The position numbers and the translations under genes are program-made. DNA of 64,000 nt. It comes from a virus (Duplodnaviria > Caudoviricetes). The notes beneath the pieces were generated by a model. That model did no database searches. It worked only from the letters and a program-made list of their open reading frames with translations, and was not told the DNA's origin. How positions within the stretch are numbered: the stretch's first letter is position 1; every line of letters starts with the position of its first letter. This document shows, in pieces, positions 11,126 to 22,528 of the stretch. The DNA lies in IMG/VR virus record IMGVR_UViG_3300037067_004891, positions 32,001 to 96,000 of that record; one strand, written 5' to 3'.

Positions 11126-11977
11126 ATGAGACAATTAAAAATTTCACCTAAAATAACCAGACGGCATGAATCTCCTTCAATTGAAAAATATTTAAATGAT
11201 ATATCAGAGTTAGATTTAATAAATTCTGATGAAGAAACATTATTATCCATAAAAATAAAAACTGGTAATAAAGATGCTCTGCATCGATTAGTTAAAGCAA
11301 ATTTGCGTTTTGTCGTATCTGTCGCTAAACAATACCAAGATCAAGGTTTAACATTATCAGATTTAATAAATGAAGGTAATTTGGGTCTTATTAAAGCAGC
11401 AGAAAAATTTGATCACACAAAAGGCTTCAAATTTATTTCTTATGCAGTTTGGTGGATAAGACAGTGTATTCTTCAAGCATTGGCTGAAAATTCTCGAATT
11501 GTTCGATTACCTTTAAATCAGATTGGTAAATTAAACCAAATCAATAAAATTTTAAATAAAAAAAGTCAAGAACTCGAACGAGAAACTAATTATTATGAGT
11601 TCGAAGACGAATTTTCTTTAAATGGTATGGAAAATGTATTTTTTGCTGATAAAAGACCAATATCTTTAGATGCTCCAATTATTGAAGATGAAAACACAAC
11701 ATTCGTGGATTTAATAGAAGATGTAGAATCTATATCCCCTGACAAAACGTCTTTAAAATCATCATTATCTATTGATTTAAATAGCGTTATTTCAACGTTG
11801 AGTGAACGAGAAAAAAACATAATCAAAATGTCGTTCGGAATTGGTCAAGAAAAAAAGTCAATAGAAGAAATATCAGAGTTTTATGATATATCAAAAGAAT
11901 GTATTCGCCAGATAAAAGATAAAACATTGAAGAAAATGAAACAACGTTCTAAAAATCTACTAAAACAACATTTGTAA
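11126..11977 (+). CDS. rpoD: RpoD-family sigma factor, Bacteroidota type
   Basis: MRQLKI... start typical of the Bacteroidota primary sigma; NLRFVVSVAKQY, DLINEGNLGL, GFKFISYAVWWIRQ; region 4 HTH. Start moved to ATG 11126. Confidence 0.92.
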   Translation: MRQLKISPKITRRHESPSIEKYLNDISELDLINSDEETLLSIKIKTGNKDALHRLVKANLRFVVSVAKQYQDQGLTLSDLINEGNLGLIKAAEKFDHTKGFKFISYAVWWIRQCILQALAENSRIVRLPLNQIGKLNQINKILNKKSQELERETNYYEFEDEFSLNGMENVFFADKRPISLDAPIIEDENTTFVDLIEDVESISPDKTSLKSSLSIDLNSVISTLSEREKNIIKMSFGIGQEKKSIEEISEFYDISKECIRQIKDKTLKKMKQRSKNLLKQHL

Positions 11978-12015
11978 AAAAATTGGGTTAGGTTTTGGTT
12001 GAATTTTGGGTGGAC

Positions 12016-12048
12016 AGCAGAGAAGTATATGATTTCCCTGCTTTTTTT
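12016..12048 (+). terminator. intrinsic terminator after rpoD
   Basis: GCAGAGAAGT...ATTTCCCTGC imperfect hairpin followed by a T-run. Confidence 0.55.
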
Positions 12049-12941
12049 TATAAAATCATATAATATAATATATTATATATATATTTAATTTCTTTATAAG
12101 TAATTATCAACAATTTAATATTATTTTCACTACAATAATTAACTTTAATATTATCTCTTATTATTTGTTTTTCGAAACTTTCTTTTCCACCAAAATAACT
12201 TATCGATTTATAATGTTGTCTCCCATTAAATTCAATTAACACATTCTGTTCTGGTAAATAGAAATCAAAATATAATTTTCTAATAAATATACAGTCATCG
12301 AAAGATTTTTCTCGATTATATTTTATGTTATTATTTTTTAAGTGTGTTTCTATCTGTTCAATTCCCTTAGATTTACTTTTACAAATTGGACACCCATTTA
12401 ATTTATTTAAATGATTGTCTATTATTTGATTAAAAATATGATTACATTTTTTACATTTAAGTTTAATATATTTAACTTTATTTTTATGAATTATATCTAA
12501 ATAAAAATATTTATCTCCGTGAATTAATATACCTTTTTCTTTTATTTCTTCTAAATTGAAGTTATAATTACCAGCACATTTAGGACACCCAGATTTTTTA
12601 TTCAAATGATTATCAATTAACGGTGTAAAAATATGATTACATTTTTTACATTTTATCTGAATCCTATTATTGTCTAATAATTTAATATATTCATATTTTT
12701 GAGTGTTACCTTTTTGTTTGATTTTATGAATATTAAGCTTGATATTTCCAGCACAATTAGGACAACTTATACCTCGTAAATGACTATATACATATTGTTT
12801 AAAGGTAAAATTACAGTCGTTACATTTCAAAATGAAATATTTTCGATGTTTTATCATTTCGAATCCTAAATATTCAAATTTATCACTGTGTATTTTTTTT
12901 GCTTTAATTATTAAGGATTCATTAGAAATTTTTTTTGGCAT
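12048..12941 (-). CDS. free-standing endonuclease: CxxC repeats plus PD-(D/E)XK/Vsr-like domain
   Basis: Three C..C/H..GCPxC repeats; 'FDFYLP...IEFNGRQHY' nuclease motif. Confidence 0.75.
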   Translation of the reverse strand: MPKKISNESLIIKAKKIHSDKFEYLGFEMIKHRKYFILKCNDCNFTFKQYVYSHLRGISCPNCAGNIKLNIHKIKQKGNTQKYEYIKLLDNNRIQIKCKKCNHIFTPLIDNHLNKKSGCPKCAGNYNFNLEEIKEKGILIHGDKYFYLDIIHKNKVKYIKLKCKKCNHIFNQIIDNHLNKLNGCPICKSKSKGIEQIETHLKNNNIKYNREKSFDDCIFIRKLYFDFYLPEQNVLIEFNGRQHYKSISYFGGKESFEKQIIRDNIKVNYCSENNIKLLIITYKEIKYIYNILYYMIL

Positions 12942-12992
12942 TTATAAACTTTTATACTTTAATATTATATATTAAATAAAATACATTTCATA

Positions 12993-13967
12993 ATGACTGG
13001 TGAAGATTTATCTGTTAAGAAAAATAGAATAAAAGAATTACAAAGCCTTATATATTTCAAGAAAAAAGAATATGATTATAATAAGGCTATGCAGTTGGCA
13101 TTAAAGCTGACGTTAAATGGAACATATGGGGCTTTTGCTAATAAACATTTTGTTTGTTCTAATGCTGATATAGCCAATGCAATAACAGCACATGGTCGAG
13201 ATGTTATTCAATTTATGCTCAATAAAATCGAACAATATTTTTATTATGATTGGCATAATGATACAGAAGCACATGCGTTATTAGGCATGGAATATATTGG
13301 GGTCGAAAACAATATGTTTTGTTTTTATGATAGAAATTTAAATCAACTTGGATATCCTAAGAATTCTTTAGTCGAATTACTTGAAGTACGTGATTTAAAT
13401 GCAAATGAAATAAAAAAAATAAACAACATTGATAATAATAAAGGTATTGATATCCAATATGAATATTTTGTTCACGATTTTAATAATGTAAAACAATTAG
13501 ATGAAAACCCAATTTTTACAAAAGAAGGTGATACTGATTACGAAGGTTTTATTGCATACAAAGGTAAAAACCCTGTAACCATATATGGGGACACGGATAG
13601 CGTTCATAATCAGACAGTTATAAATGTATATGGGGAAAATATAATAGTAGAAGATTGGTATAATAAAAATATAAAAAATGGTTCGGCTGGTGTTACATTA
13701 AAAGGGCATGAATCCGTAAAAACTGATGATAAAATTTTGAACTGGTCAGAAGATGAAGGTTTATATTATGTTCCTGTTAAGAGAATAATAAGACATAAAG
13801 TCTCAAAAGAAAAGTGGAAATTAAAAACTAAATCAGGTAAAGAGATTATAGTAACCAATGACCATTCAATGATAGTTTTTAGAAATGATAAAAAAATAGA
13901 AATTAAACCAAGAGATATTTTAAAATTAGATAAAATATTAGCTATTAATGAACTACCACTAAACTAA
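12993..13967 (+). CDS. family B DNA polymerase palm fragment (motif B to motif C) fused to N-terminal split intein (IntN from 13599)
   Basis: KLTLNGTYG (motif B); YGDTD followed by Ser-start intein with block B 'VTNDHS'. Confidence 0.9.
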   Translation: MTGEDLSVKKNRIKELQSLIYFKKKEYDYNKAMQLALKLTLNGTYGAFANKHFVCSNADIANAITAHGRDVIQFMLNKIEQYFYYDWHNDTEAHALLGMEYIGVENNMFCFYDRNLNQLGYPKNSLVELLEVRDLNANEIKKINNIDNNKGIDIQYEYFVHDFNNVKQLDENPIFTKEGDTDYEGFIAYKGKNPVTIYGDTDSVHNQTVINVYGENIIVEDWYNKNIKNGSAGVTLKGHESVKTDDKILNWSEDEGLYYVPVKRIIRHKVSKEKWKLKTKSGKEIIVTNDHSMIVFRNDKKIEIKPRDILKLDKILAINELPLN

Positions 13968-15284
13968 AGATTTAGTGGTTTCTTGGGCTGAACTCGTAAC
14001 CGAATTCATAACTCCCGAAGCGTGAATTTCCTCCGTTCCAGAGGTATTATTTTTCACAAAACTAAAATTTTTAATATTATTTGATGCGTTTACATCTCTG
14101 TCATGTTTAGTTCCACATTTAGGACATATCCATTCTCTATCGGATAATTTCAAATCAGATTTAATATAACCACAAACAGAACACATTTTACTTGAAGGTT
14201 CAAATTGTCCAATTCTAATTATATTTTTTCCATACCATTCTGATTTGTAATCTAACATCCTATTGAATTCACTCCAACTAACATCCGATATAGACTGCGC
14301 TAAATTATGATTCTTAATCATCCCAGAAACATTCAGTGTTTCTAAACATAGTGTATCATAATCATCTATCAAAAATTTAGATGTTTTGTGCAGAAAATCA
14401 GTCCTTCTATTTGAAATTTTTTCATGTATAGATGACAAAATATGAACGGATTTTTTTCTATTATTAGAACCATTCACTTTTTTTGAATGTTTTCTCTGTC
14501 TAATTTTTAATCTTCTTAATGATTTTTTTAAATGTTTTGAATTATCAATCACTAAACCATCTGAAGTAACTAAAAATGATTTAATACCCAAATCAATTCC
14601 TATTGCTTGCTTCTCGTCAATAGGTTTTTTTCTTGGTAATTCTTGATTAATTTCAACTAATATAGAGATGTAATATTTTCCATTTGTTTTCATTGATATA
14701 GTTGAAGACCTTATTTCACCTTCAAATTTTCTATCAATGATAATTTTAATTCCTTTTTTGAATTTAGGTATATACAACAAGTTGTTTTCAAATTCAACAA
14801 CGGTATTCTGTGGAATTCCAAAAGATTTTTTAGGATTTTTCTTTGATTTGAATTTCGGATAACCACCCAGTTTTTTGAAGAATTTCGTAAAACCGTTGTC
14901 TAAATTTTCTAAACTATACTGTAATGATTGACTATTTACTTCCTTTAACCAAGATGTTTCTTCTTGTTTTTTTAATAATGGTATATTTTTTTGAATATCA
15001 AACCTTGAAATTCCTTTTTTTGTTTGAGTATATGTTTGATTTTTCAAATTTAATCCATAATTATACACCCATCTAACACAACCAAAGTGTTTGTGTATCA
15101 GAATTTTTTGTTCTGAATTAGGGTAAATTCTATATTTGAAAGTTTTCAACATATATTATTATATTATATATTTTAGAAAAAGTTTAATTTAATTCTAAAA
15201 TTATTTTCAACAAATAATATTTATATAATCAAAATTCATCCCACGAAACTGAAGATTTCGGGGATTTCTTTTGAAAAAATTTAA
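13949..15284 (-). mobile_element. IS200/IS605-family (IS1341-type, tnpB only) insertion sequence
   Basis: Subterminal hairpins at both ends (CCACTAAACTAAAGATTTAGTGG; CCCACGAAACTGAAGATTTCGGGG); right end terminates TTCA; TTTAT abuts the left end; no tnpA. Confidence 0.88.
13959..15152 (-). CDS. tnpB: RNA-guided endonuclease TnpB
   Basis: N-terminal HTH, GIDLG (RuvC-I), LETL (RuvC-II), CxxC...CxxC zinc ribbon, HDRDVNA (RuvC-III). Confidence 0.95.
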   Translation of the reverse strand: MLKTFKYRIYPNSEQKILIHKHFGCVRWVYNYGLNLKNQTYTQTKKGISRFDIQKNIPLLKKQEETSWLKEVNSQSLQYSLENLDNGFTKFFKKLGGYPKFKSKKNPKKSFGIPQNTVVEFENNLLYIPKFKKGIKIIIDRKFEGEIRSSTISMKTNGKYYISILVEINQELPRKKPIDEKQAIGIDLGIKSFLVTSDGLVIDNSKHLKKSLRRLKIRQRKHSKKVNGSNNRKKSVHILSSIHEKISNRRTDFLHKTSKFLIDDYDTLCLETLNVSGMIKNHNLAQSISDVSWSEFNRMLDYKSEWYGKNIIRIGQFEPSSKMCSVCGYIKSDLKLSDREWICPKCGTKHDRDVNASNNIKNFSFVKNNTSGTEEIHASGVMNSVTSSAQETTKSLV

Positions 15285-16118
15285 ATAAATGTCGTGTATT
15301 TAATAGAATATGTAATATAACTAATTTCGCATTTGATATACCATATGATGTAAGCGAAAAATGGAAAAGTAAAAATTATTCAATTACACTCAAAACATTA
15401 ACAGAAAAATATGGAGACGAAGAAGGAAAAGATCGGTGGGATTCATATTGTAATAAACAAGCTGTAAGTAATACATATGAATTTAAAAAAGAAAGATATG
15501 GTTGGACAAAAGATGAATTTAAAAAATATAATAAATCCCGTTCAGTAACAATTAATAATTTAATAGATAGACATGGTGAAGAAATGGGATTAGAAATGTG
15601 GACATCATATTGTGAAAGGCAAATATATACCTGTACATTGAATTATTTTATTGGAAAATATGGTGAAGATATTGGTACGTCTAAATTTAATAATTTTAAT
15701 CAAAAACGAAATAATATAATTGGTGTTTCAGAAATATCTCAAATTATATTTGATATAATTGATAAAAAAGTATTTAATCAATATACTACTTTTTACTATA
15801 AAAAAAATTATGAACAAAATGTTGACGGTTATCTTTTTAGATTATTATATAGAAAATTTAAAATTAACGATTGAGTTTAATGGCGATTTGTGGCATGGTA
15901 ATCCAGAAATATATAAAAATACTGATCGACCGAATCCATTTCATGAAAATTTAACAACATCTGAAATATGGGAAAAAGATAGAAAAAGAAAAGATTATTT
16001 AAAAACAAAATATGATATTGATACTATAATAATTTGGGAAAAAGATTATAAAAAAGATGGTATGGATATTACCATTAAAAAATTATTAGAAGAAATTAAA
16101 AAATATGAACGATTATGA
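15285..16118 (+). pseudogene. decayed Vsr-like/PD-(D/E)XK homing endonuclease between the split-intein halves
   Basis: Frame open from ~15275 with no start codon (KYG.E.G repeats); frameshift near 15835 separates it from 'LDYYIENL..IEFNGDLWHGNP'. Confidence 0.75.
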
Positions 16119-17094
16119 TTTTTATTTTGATGAAGTTGAAAGTTGCGAGTGTATAGGAACATTCGAAGATGAATATGTATATGATGTTGAAGTTGATGAT
16201 GATACACACACATTTATAGCCAATGATATTTTAGTACACAACAGTCTTTATATATCATATACACCAATAATGGAATCTGTTAATTATGAGGGAGATGGGT
16301 TGAAATTTATTCTTCATGTTGATAATATTATTATCAAAAAAATGTTTAATAAATACTTAGATGAATATGCAACACCATATAAAGTGAAGAGTTTACATGA
16401 TTTTGAACTCGAAACTATAAGTAAATCAGCTTTATTTATCGAAAAGAAAAATTATTTAAATAATATAGTTTGGGAAGATGGTGTTCATCATGAAGACTTA
16501 TCATATTTTTATCCAAAAGGTATAGAAATTGTTCGTAGGTCTACACCAGAATTTGTAAGGGTTCATGTGTATGAAATTATAAATTATATTTTTGGTAATC
16601 CAAATAATATAAGTCAAAGGGTTTTGAAAGACCTTCTTAAAAAACTAAAAAAAGATTTTGAATGGCAAAGTTATGATAATATTGATAGTATAGCTATGCA
16701 AACCAGTTGTTCAAACTATAATGATAAAGTATATGATGATATAAATACTGTTGTGGTGGAAAAAGGTACTCATTATGGTGTTAAAGCAGCAGCCTTCCAT
16801 AATTATTTGTTAAATCAGAATGGAGAATATAAGACAAAATATGATATGGTTAAAAGTGGTAGAATAAAATACTATTTTTGTAAACACAACAAGGGTGATA
16901 ATTTCGGTTATTATTTTGGATATTTGAGATCGTTTCATCCTAAAGAAATTGTTGAAAAAGAAGGTATAGAAATTGATATTGATGAACAATTTGATAAAAC
17001 TTTTTTATCTATTGTTAATAGATTCATGATACCACTTGGGTTTCCACCATTTACAAAAGAATTAGGATTTTTTTCAAGTATATTCAATTTTTAA
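16105..17094 (+). CDS. C-terminal split intein (46 aa) fused to family B DNA polymerase C-terminal part
   Basis: Own ATG; YVYDVEV...HTFIANDILVHN|S; then FELE, KKNY and KGIEIVRRSTP PolB motifs. Confidence 0.92.
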   Translation: MNDYDFYFDEVESCECIGTFEDEYVYDVEVDDDTHTFIANDILVHNSLYISYTPIMESVNYEGDGLKFILHVDNIIIKKMFNKYLDEYATPYKVKSLHDFELETISKSALFIEKKNYLNNIVWEDGVHHEDLSYFYPKGIEIVRRSTPEFVRVHVYEIINYIFGNPNNISQRVLKDLLKKLKKDFEWQSYDNIDSIAMQTSCSNYNDKVYDDINTVVVEKGTHYGVKAAAFHNYLLNQNGEYKTKYDMVKSGRIKYYFCKHNKGDNFGYYFGYLRSFHPKEIVEKEGIEIDIDEQFDKTFLSIVNRFMIPLGFPPFTKELGFFSSIFNF

Positions 17095-17427
17095 AATCTA
17101 TATATACTTATAAAACAAAATAAAAATTATGAATATTATATCTGGATACGAAGGTTATATTTCTTTATGTACAATTTTTCTTTTTATAATTATAACTTAT
17201 AGAATATTAATATCATATGGAACTAATTTTCCATCTAAAAACTTAAAATTTAAATTGGTTGAAGTTAAAAAAGGCAATATGATTTTATATAAACCGCTTA
17301 TAAAGCGTAGTGTGTGGGGTTGGTCTCCCTTTAAAATAAAACAAGATGGTAAAACAATTTTTGCAGATAAAGCACATTTTCATAATAAAGAAGCAGCCGA
17401 ACGATATATTGAATTTTATAAGAAAAT

Positions 17428-17453
17428 AAAAGGGGCTATTTAGTCCCTTTTTT
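17428..17453. terminator. bidirectional intrinsic terminator
   Basis: AAAAGGGGCT-attt-AGTCCCTTTT between convergent genes. Confidence 0.7.
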
Positions 17454-17475
17454 ATATAATTTTTAAAAAATTATT

Positions 17476-18465
17476 TTAGTCTATCATTTCAATTGCATCA
17501 TAACCAAATTTATCAACCAAATTCCAATTTTTCTTTGTGTCTTTCATATAAAACCCGTAACCACTATCTATGGTTTTATTGTTATAATTTCTAATTTGTT
17601 TTTCTTTTTCATCTTTAATAATATGTTTATTAATTGGGTTTTCTTTAATTAAAAAAACATATTTATTATCTATATAAATACTACTTTCCAGTCCTCGTCC
17701 ATCAAGTATTATATAAACATTATTTTTTTTATATAAACTATAAAAACCATCAAAATCACCTTTTATATTAGCTATATTCATCCATTCTCCAGATTTTATA
17801 ATTCTACTCGGATTTATACCAGATGTATAGTTCATGTATTCTTTACCTCCAATTTTTTTTTGAAAATTATCTGAATGATATTCTTCAAAGGAAACTGGTA
17901 TTAATTCTTCATCTATATCTTGAAGTATTATTGATTTTAAATCTAATATGTTACTATTTTTTATTTTATAAGTTTTTATCATGTCATTTGATTCATTAAT
18001 GATTATATCACTTTCATTTATTTTTATATCATGTTTCTTCAATAATGCTCTGGCCTCGTCTTTGGTCATACCACCCATAAGTTTTGCGCCATTATCTGTA
18101 TATTTTAATGTTTGTTTAGCTATTCGTATTTGATGCCATAGTGCTGGATTTCTACTTTTTATATCACTTTCTTTTGATTCTTCTAATTTAAATTTAGAAA
18201 ATTTTACAATGGTCTGTTCTTCTACTTTCTCAGGCAATCCTTTATGTTTAGTTTCTGCGAAATCTTTTATATCATCTAATGACATACCTTTTGTTTTTTC
18301 TCTTTTATCACCAGTTTTTTTCTTTTGACCATCTGCGATATTTTTTATTTTATCTGCCAGTAATTTATTTAAATCATCTAATTTTAATTTACCAGTTTTA
18401 TAAGCATAAACCATACCCATAAGTCTTTGTTGAGTTTTTGATGTTGATTTTTCATTTAAATTCAT
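17476..18465 (-). CDS. DUF3008-like N-terminal domain protein, probably virion-associated
   Basis: 'KSTSKTQQRLMGMVYAYK...DFAETKHKGLPEKV'; several internal (I/L)NE sites. Confidence 0.55.
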   Translation of the reverse strand: MNLNEKSTSKTQQRLMGMVYAYKTGKLKLDDLNKLLADKIKNIADGQKKKTGDKREKTKGMSLDDIKDFAETKHKGLPEKVEEQTIVKFSKFKLEESKESDIKSRNPALWHQIRIAKQTLKYTDNGAKLMGGMTKDEARALLKKHDIKINESDIIINESNDMIKTYKIKNSNILDLKSIILQDIDEELIPVSFEEYHSDNFQKKIGGKEYMNYTSGINPSRIIKSGEWMNIANIKGDFDGFYSLYKKNNVYIILDGRGLESSIYIDNKYVFLIKENPINKHIIKDEKEKQIRNYNNKTIDSGYGFYMKDTKKNWNLVDKFGYDAIEMID

Positions 18466-20420
18466 ATATTTAAATTATATTTGTATCTATATATTATTTT
18501 TAATTTTTAATTTTTATAATATTATAAATGACTGACCGTGATAAAAAATATTTGGATCAATATCTTCGTGATAATAGAAGTGCTATTAATAAATATGAGG
18601 TAAATAGTATATTGGTTGTGTCAGTAGATAGTAATATATTAAAACCTCATAAAGAGATTTATAAACTTCTTTATGAAGATGGTGTTCGATTTGTTTTTGA
18701 AATGAATGAAATATTATGGTATTATCCACAAACACCATTAGATAATGATATTCTTTTTCGTTGTTATGTATTAAATAAAAATGCAATATTTATTGATATA
18801 ACTACTGATGTAAAGAATATTGATGACCTTAAAATTTATATAAGAAAACAAAAAATTAAAAAATTATTAGATGAATAATAATGAAAGAACTATCTTTAAC
18901 TGATGGTTCATTTGACCAATTTATAAGATGTGAGAAGATTAATGAAATATTATCATGAGTAATTCTATTGATAAATATAAAATTTCTTTAGAATTAAGTG
19001 AATTTCTGAAAAAATTCAGTTTTAAGTATCAGATGGTTTTATCAATTGAAAAAATATCTGCTGAAATGATTTTAACACTAACTCCAATTTCAAGAGACAC
19101 GAGTGCTAATATTAATGCTGATAATTTGATTAAAATATTACTAAAAAATAATATTCATTTTCTTAGGTATTATTCGATGTTTAGCATCCCAGCTAATTAT
19201 AATTATTTTAAAGTGACTAAAAAAGGTTTAAAACCTATAAATATTACATATGATAACACTTTTATAAAATACCTTCGTAAAAGAAAAATACAAAAAATAT
19301 TAAATGGAAAATAAGAGTTTTCCTTGATACGACAATTCGCTATAATGATAAACAGGAATATAAATTTAGTTGTTTCAGGATGGAATTTATACAGATGAAT
19401 ATTAGAGAAATACGAAAAGAAAAGATAAAAGAATTATTTAATGATTTATAACTTAAAAGATATGAAACATGTTGATAATGATTGGGAAAATTTTTTTAAT
19501 TTAGATGAAGATGAAGATAAAGAATATACCGAAGATGAAGAAAAAGAGATTTTAATAGAAATTGAAGAATTTGAGAAAGAATCATCAACAAAAAAAGGCA
19601 GACCTTATAGACAGGATGATTGGTCAGATGCCGAGGATGTAGAATATGATGATACATTTGATGATATTTTTAATTACCTTCAAGAAGACGAAGAAGAATC
19701 TAAAATAACACCAGAGGAAGAACGATTGTCTAAACAACTTGTAACTCAACTTAAAATTGAAAGTTTGGATGATGAGTTCATAGATGAAGATAGAATTAAA
19801 CTAATAAAAAAGAAAATAAATGCTCATATAGCAGCAAACCCACACGCTGATATAATAGATATCGCTGCCAAAATGATAAGTTACAGGGATAAAAAAATTC
19901 ATAAATCCGAAAAAGAAGACGATATTCAATAAATAAAACATTTCATCTTTTATTTTATATAATAGAAAAATACTTTCTATTTAAATGAATGATAAATGCA
20001 TCATAACACATGATGGTAAAAGTTATTTTTTAGATGTCCTATCGTATAGTTTTGTTAGTAATAGCACCTATAATAATATTACATTTGGTAATATATCAAA
20101 AATGTACCCAACCTATTCACCTTTAATTGGAATAGAAGTGACAATATCATTTGTTGTAAGTAACGCATTTCAATATTTTATAGACGCATTCAATACAAAT
20201 AAGGTTGCTAATTATTCAATTTCTTCAATAAAATTTGACATGGAATTAAAAAGTAGTAAAGGTAATATATTTTTTTACGGATGTTTGTTAGATACTTATG
20301 TAGATGATTCTAATAATTCAATAGACTGTATTATACAGTCTGACCATTGTGTATATGGTACTATATCTGAAAATGATTATTTAAGACAAGAACGAATACA
20401 AAAATTAAAAGAAATATTTA

Positions 20421-20912
20421 ATGGGGAGCTTTAAAGAAATAGAAGGAAATTTAATTGACATGGCCTTAGATGGTGAATTCAATTTAATAGGTCATGGTGC
20501 TAACTGTTTTTGTAAAATGGGTTCTGGTATAGCTAAAGAAATTGCTGCAAGAATTCCTGATGCTGTTAGAACTGATAATGAAACTGAAAAAGGTGATATT
20601 AAAAAATTAGGAAATTTTACTTATGGTAATATTTGGAATGTTGAAGAAGAAAAACGCACTGGTGAAGAAAAACTTAAAGGATATATTTTAAACCTTTATA
20701 CTCAATATAATTATGGCACTTATTCTATAAAGGTGGATTATGAGGCATTAACTCTGTGTATGAGAAAAATTAATAAATTATATAAAGGTTATACTATAGG
20801 TTTAAATAAAATAGGTGCTGGGTTAGCTGGTGGTAACTGGGATAAAATTAAAAAAATTATACAAACAGAATTAGTAGATATGGATGTTACCATAGTACAC
20901 TATAAAAAATAA
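20421..20912 (+). CDS. macrodomain (ADP-ribose processing) protein
   Basis: 'GNL..', 'HGANCFCKMGSGIA', 'NLYTQ', 'IGAGLAGGNW'. Confidence 0.88.
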   Translation: MGSFKEIEGNLIDMALDGEFNLIGHGANCFCKMGSGIAKEIAARIPDAVRTDNETEKGDIKKLGNFTYGNIWNVEEEKRTGEEKLKGYILNLYTQYNYGTYSIKVDYEALTLCMRKINKLYKGYTIGLNKIGAGLAGGNWDKIKKIIQTELVDMDVTIVHYKK

Positions 20913-21506
20913 AAATATAAAATTGGCGAATACTGTAATTAAACTGGCGAAAGAATTAGTTGCTGAGAAGGGGAAAGATGAAGCTATAAAATATTTCAAG
21001 GATAGATTGAATGAAATGGGAATACCAACTAATTTCGAAGATAATTTGTAAACAAAGTGCTTGGGAAATTGCGATTGACTATATCAATGGCGAAATAAAA
21101 ATATAAAATTAACAATTAATATATAAATAAAAATATTTTAATTTTAATGATAAACTCATTTTCCTCGTATAAAAATGTGTATAAAGGATTTAATGTGAAT
21201 GTATACACATCAATAGAAGAATCAAAAAAGAATTATGTCAATATATCCAGTCTAAAGGAATAAACTGTATAATAAAATAATAATTATAAAATGGAAAATA
21301 AACTTAAAACTATTAGTGAATTTTTATTAGAAAATTCTAAGGATAAATCAGATTTGAGAAGTTTGATTAATGATTTGATTTATAAAAAACAACTTATATT
21401 AAAAACTCCGATGATATGAATGTGCGTGTTATTAAAGAGGTTGATTTCAAATCCTTGATTGATGATATCTATATAATTTTAACTGGTATAATGGATAAGA
21501 AATAAA

Positions 21507-21911
21507 TTATAAAAGCTTAAAATCTTTTGTTATTTCATCAATCTTATCCGAATCGTCAGGCCCGATTGCACAACAAGTTATGGTTGGTACACCATTAAAT
21601 TCTGTCAACCCAGCATCCATTATTATTGAGCATGGAATATTTCGTCTTTTTGCTTCTTCATAAGCATTGACTACTTCAGCTAATGTATCGGCACTAACCA
21701 CTATTTTTTTATAAATACCATTTAACCATTTAGCCATCGGACTATCTTGTTCTACATGAAAAATAGCATCACCATATGATTCTTGACCAGCCCATACTAA
21801 TTTATCTAAAAACACTTTTAAACTGGCGTGTGAAGCTGCACTGCACATTTTCCCTTTCCTCATATTGAGGTCTTTACGTATTACAATAACTTGTTTGGGT
21901 TCTTTTTCCAT
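21507..21911 (-). CDS. pth2: peptidyl-tRNA hydrolase, Pth2 family
   Basis: 'KQVIVIRKDLNMRKGK', 'ASHAS', 'KKIVV', 'DAGLTEF', 'AIGP'. Confidence 0.92.
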   Translation of the reverse strand: MEKEPKQVIVIRKDLNMRKGKMCSAASHASLKVFLDKLVWAGQESYGDAIFHVEQDSPMAKWLNGIYKKIVVSADTLAEVVNAYEEAKRRNIPCSIIMDAGLTEFNGVPTITCCAIGPDDSDKIDEITKDFKLL

Positions 21912-22528
21912 AATAAAAACGTTTTTTAATATATAGTTAATAATAATTAAAATGTTTAATATATTTGTGTAAATAATCCTATTATGAAATCAAAAAGAAA
22001 ATATCCAAGTTATTGTTGTCAAGAATGTGGAGAATATAGGTTGGTTAGGTAGATTCATAGAATGGATATACTGTGGATTAATAAAACACGAATGTAAACT
22101 AAAATCTTAAATTTAATAATATATGTGTATTTATGTAACTGAAATAGACAAAGAAACATTTGATAGTTTTGAAGTTATTGGCGTATCTTTAGAACCTATA
22201 TCCAATGCCTTTAATTTTACAAGAAAATTTTATGCATCTTCTGATGAAAATCGTAAAAATAAAAACCCATTTAATATCAAATATGAAAAAATGATTGAAT
22301 TTTTTGGTGTTCCGAGTTTTAATGATGATATGGATTATTGGTGGTTTATGGATTATGAAGAACATGGATATGCTATATTAACTAATGAAATAGAAGGAAG
22401 TCAAATATATAAAGCAGTTTTATCTTCTGATAAACCTCAATCAATAAATGAATTTTCTGATAATATGGAAGCATTTTGGGTTGAATTGTTTACAATGTTC
22501 GAATCACCAAAATAATACCATTTTTTAT

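Noticed and set aside
13949-15284. IStron (group I intron-IS chimera) rescuing a contiguous intein
   Set aside because: Only about 130 nt lie between the tnpB start and the left end, there is no intron core, and IntC has its own start in another frame
20925-21500. Intergenic region with short broken ORFs
   Set aside because: Appears to be gene remnants; no supportable product or structure
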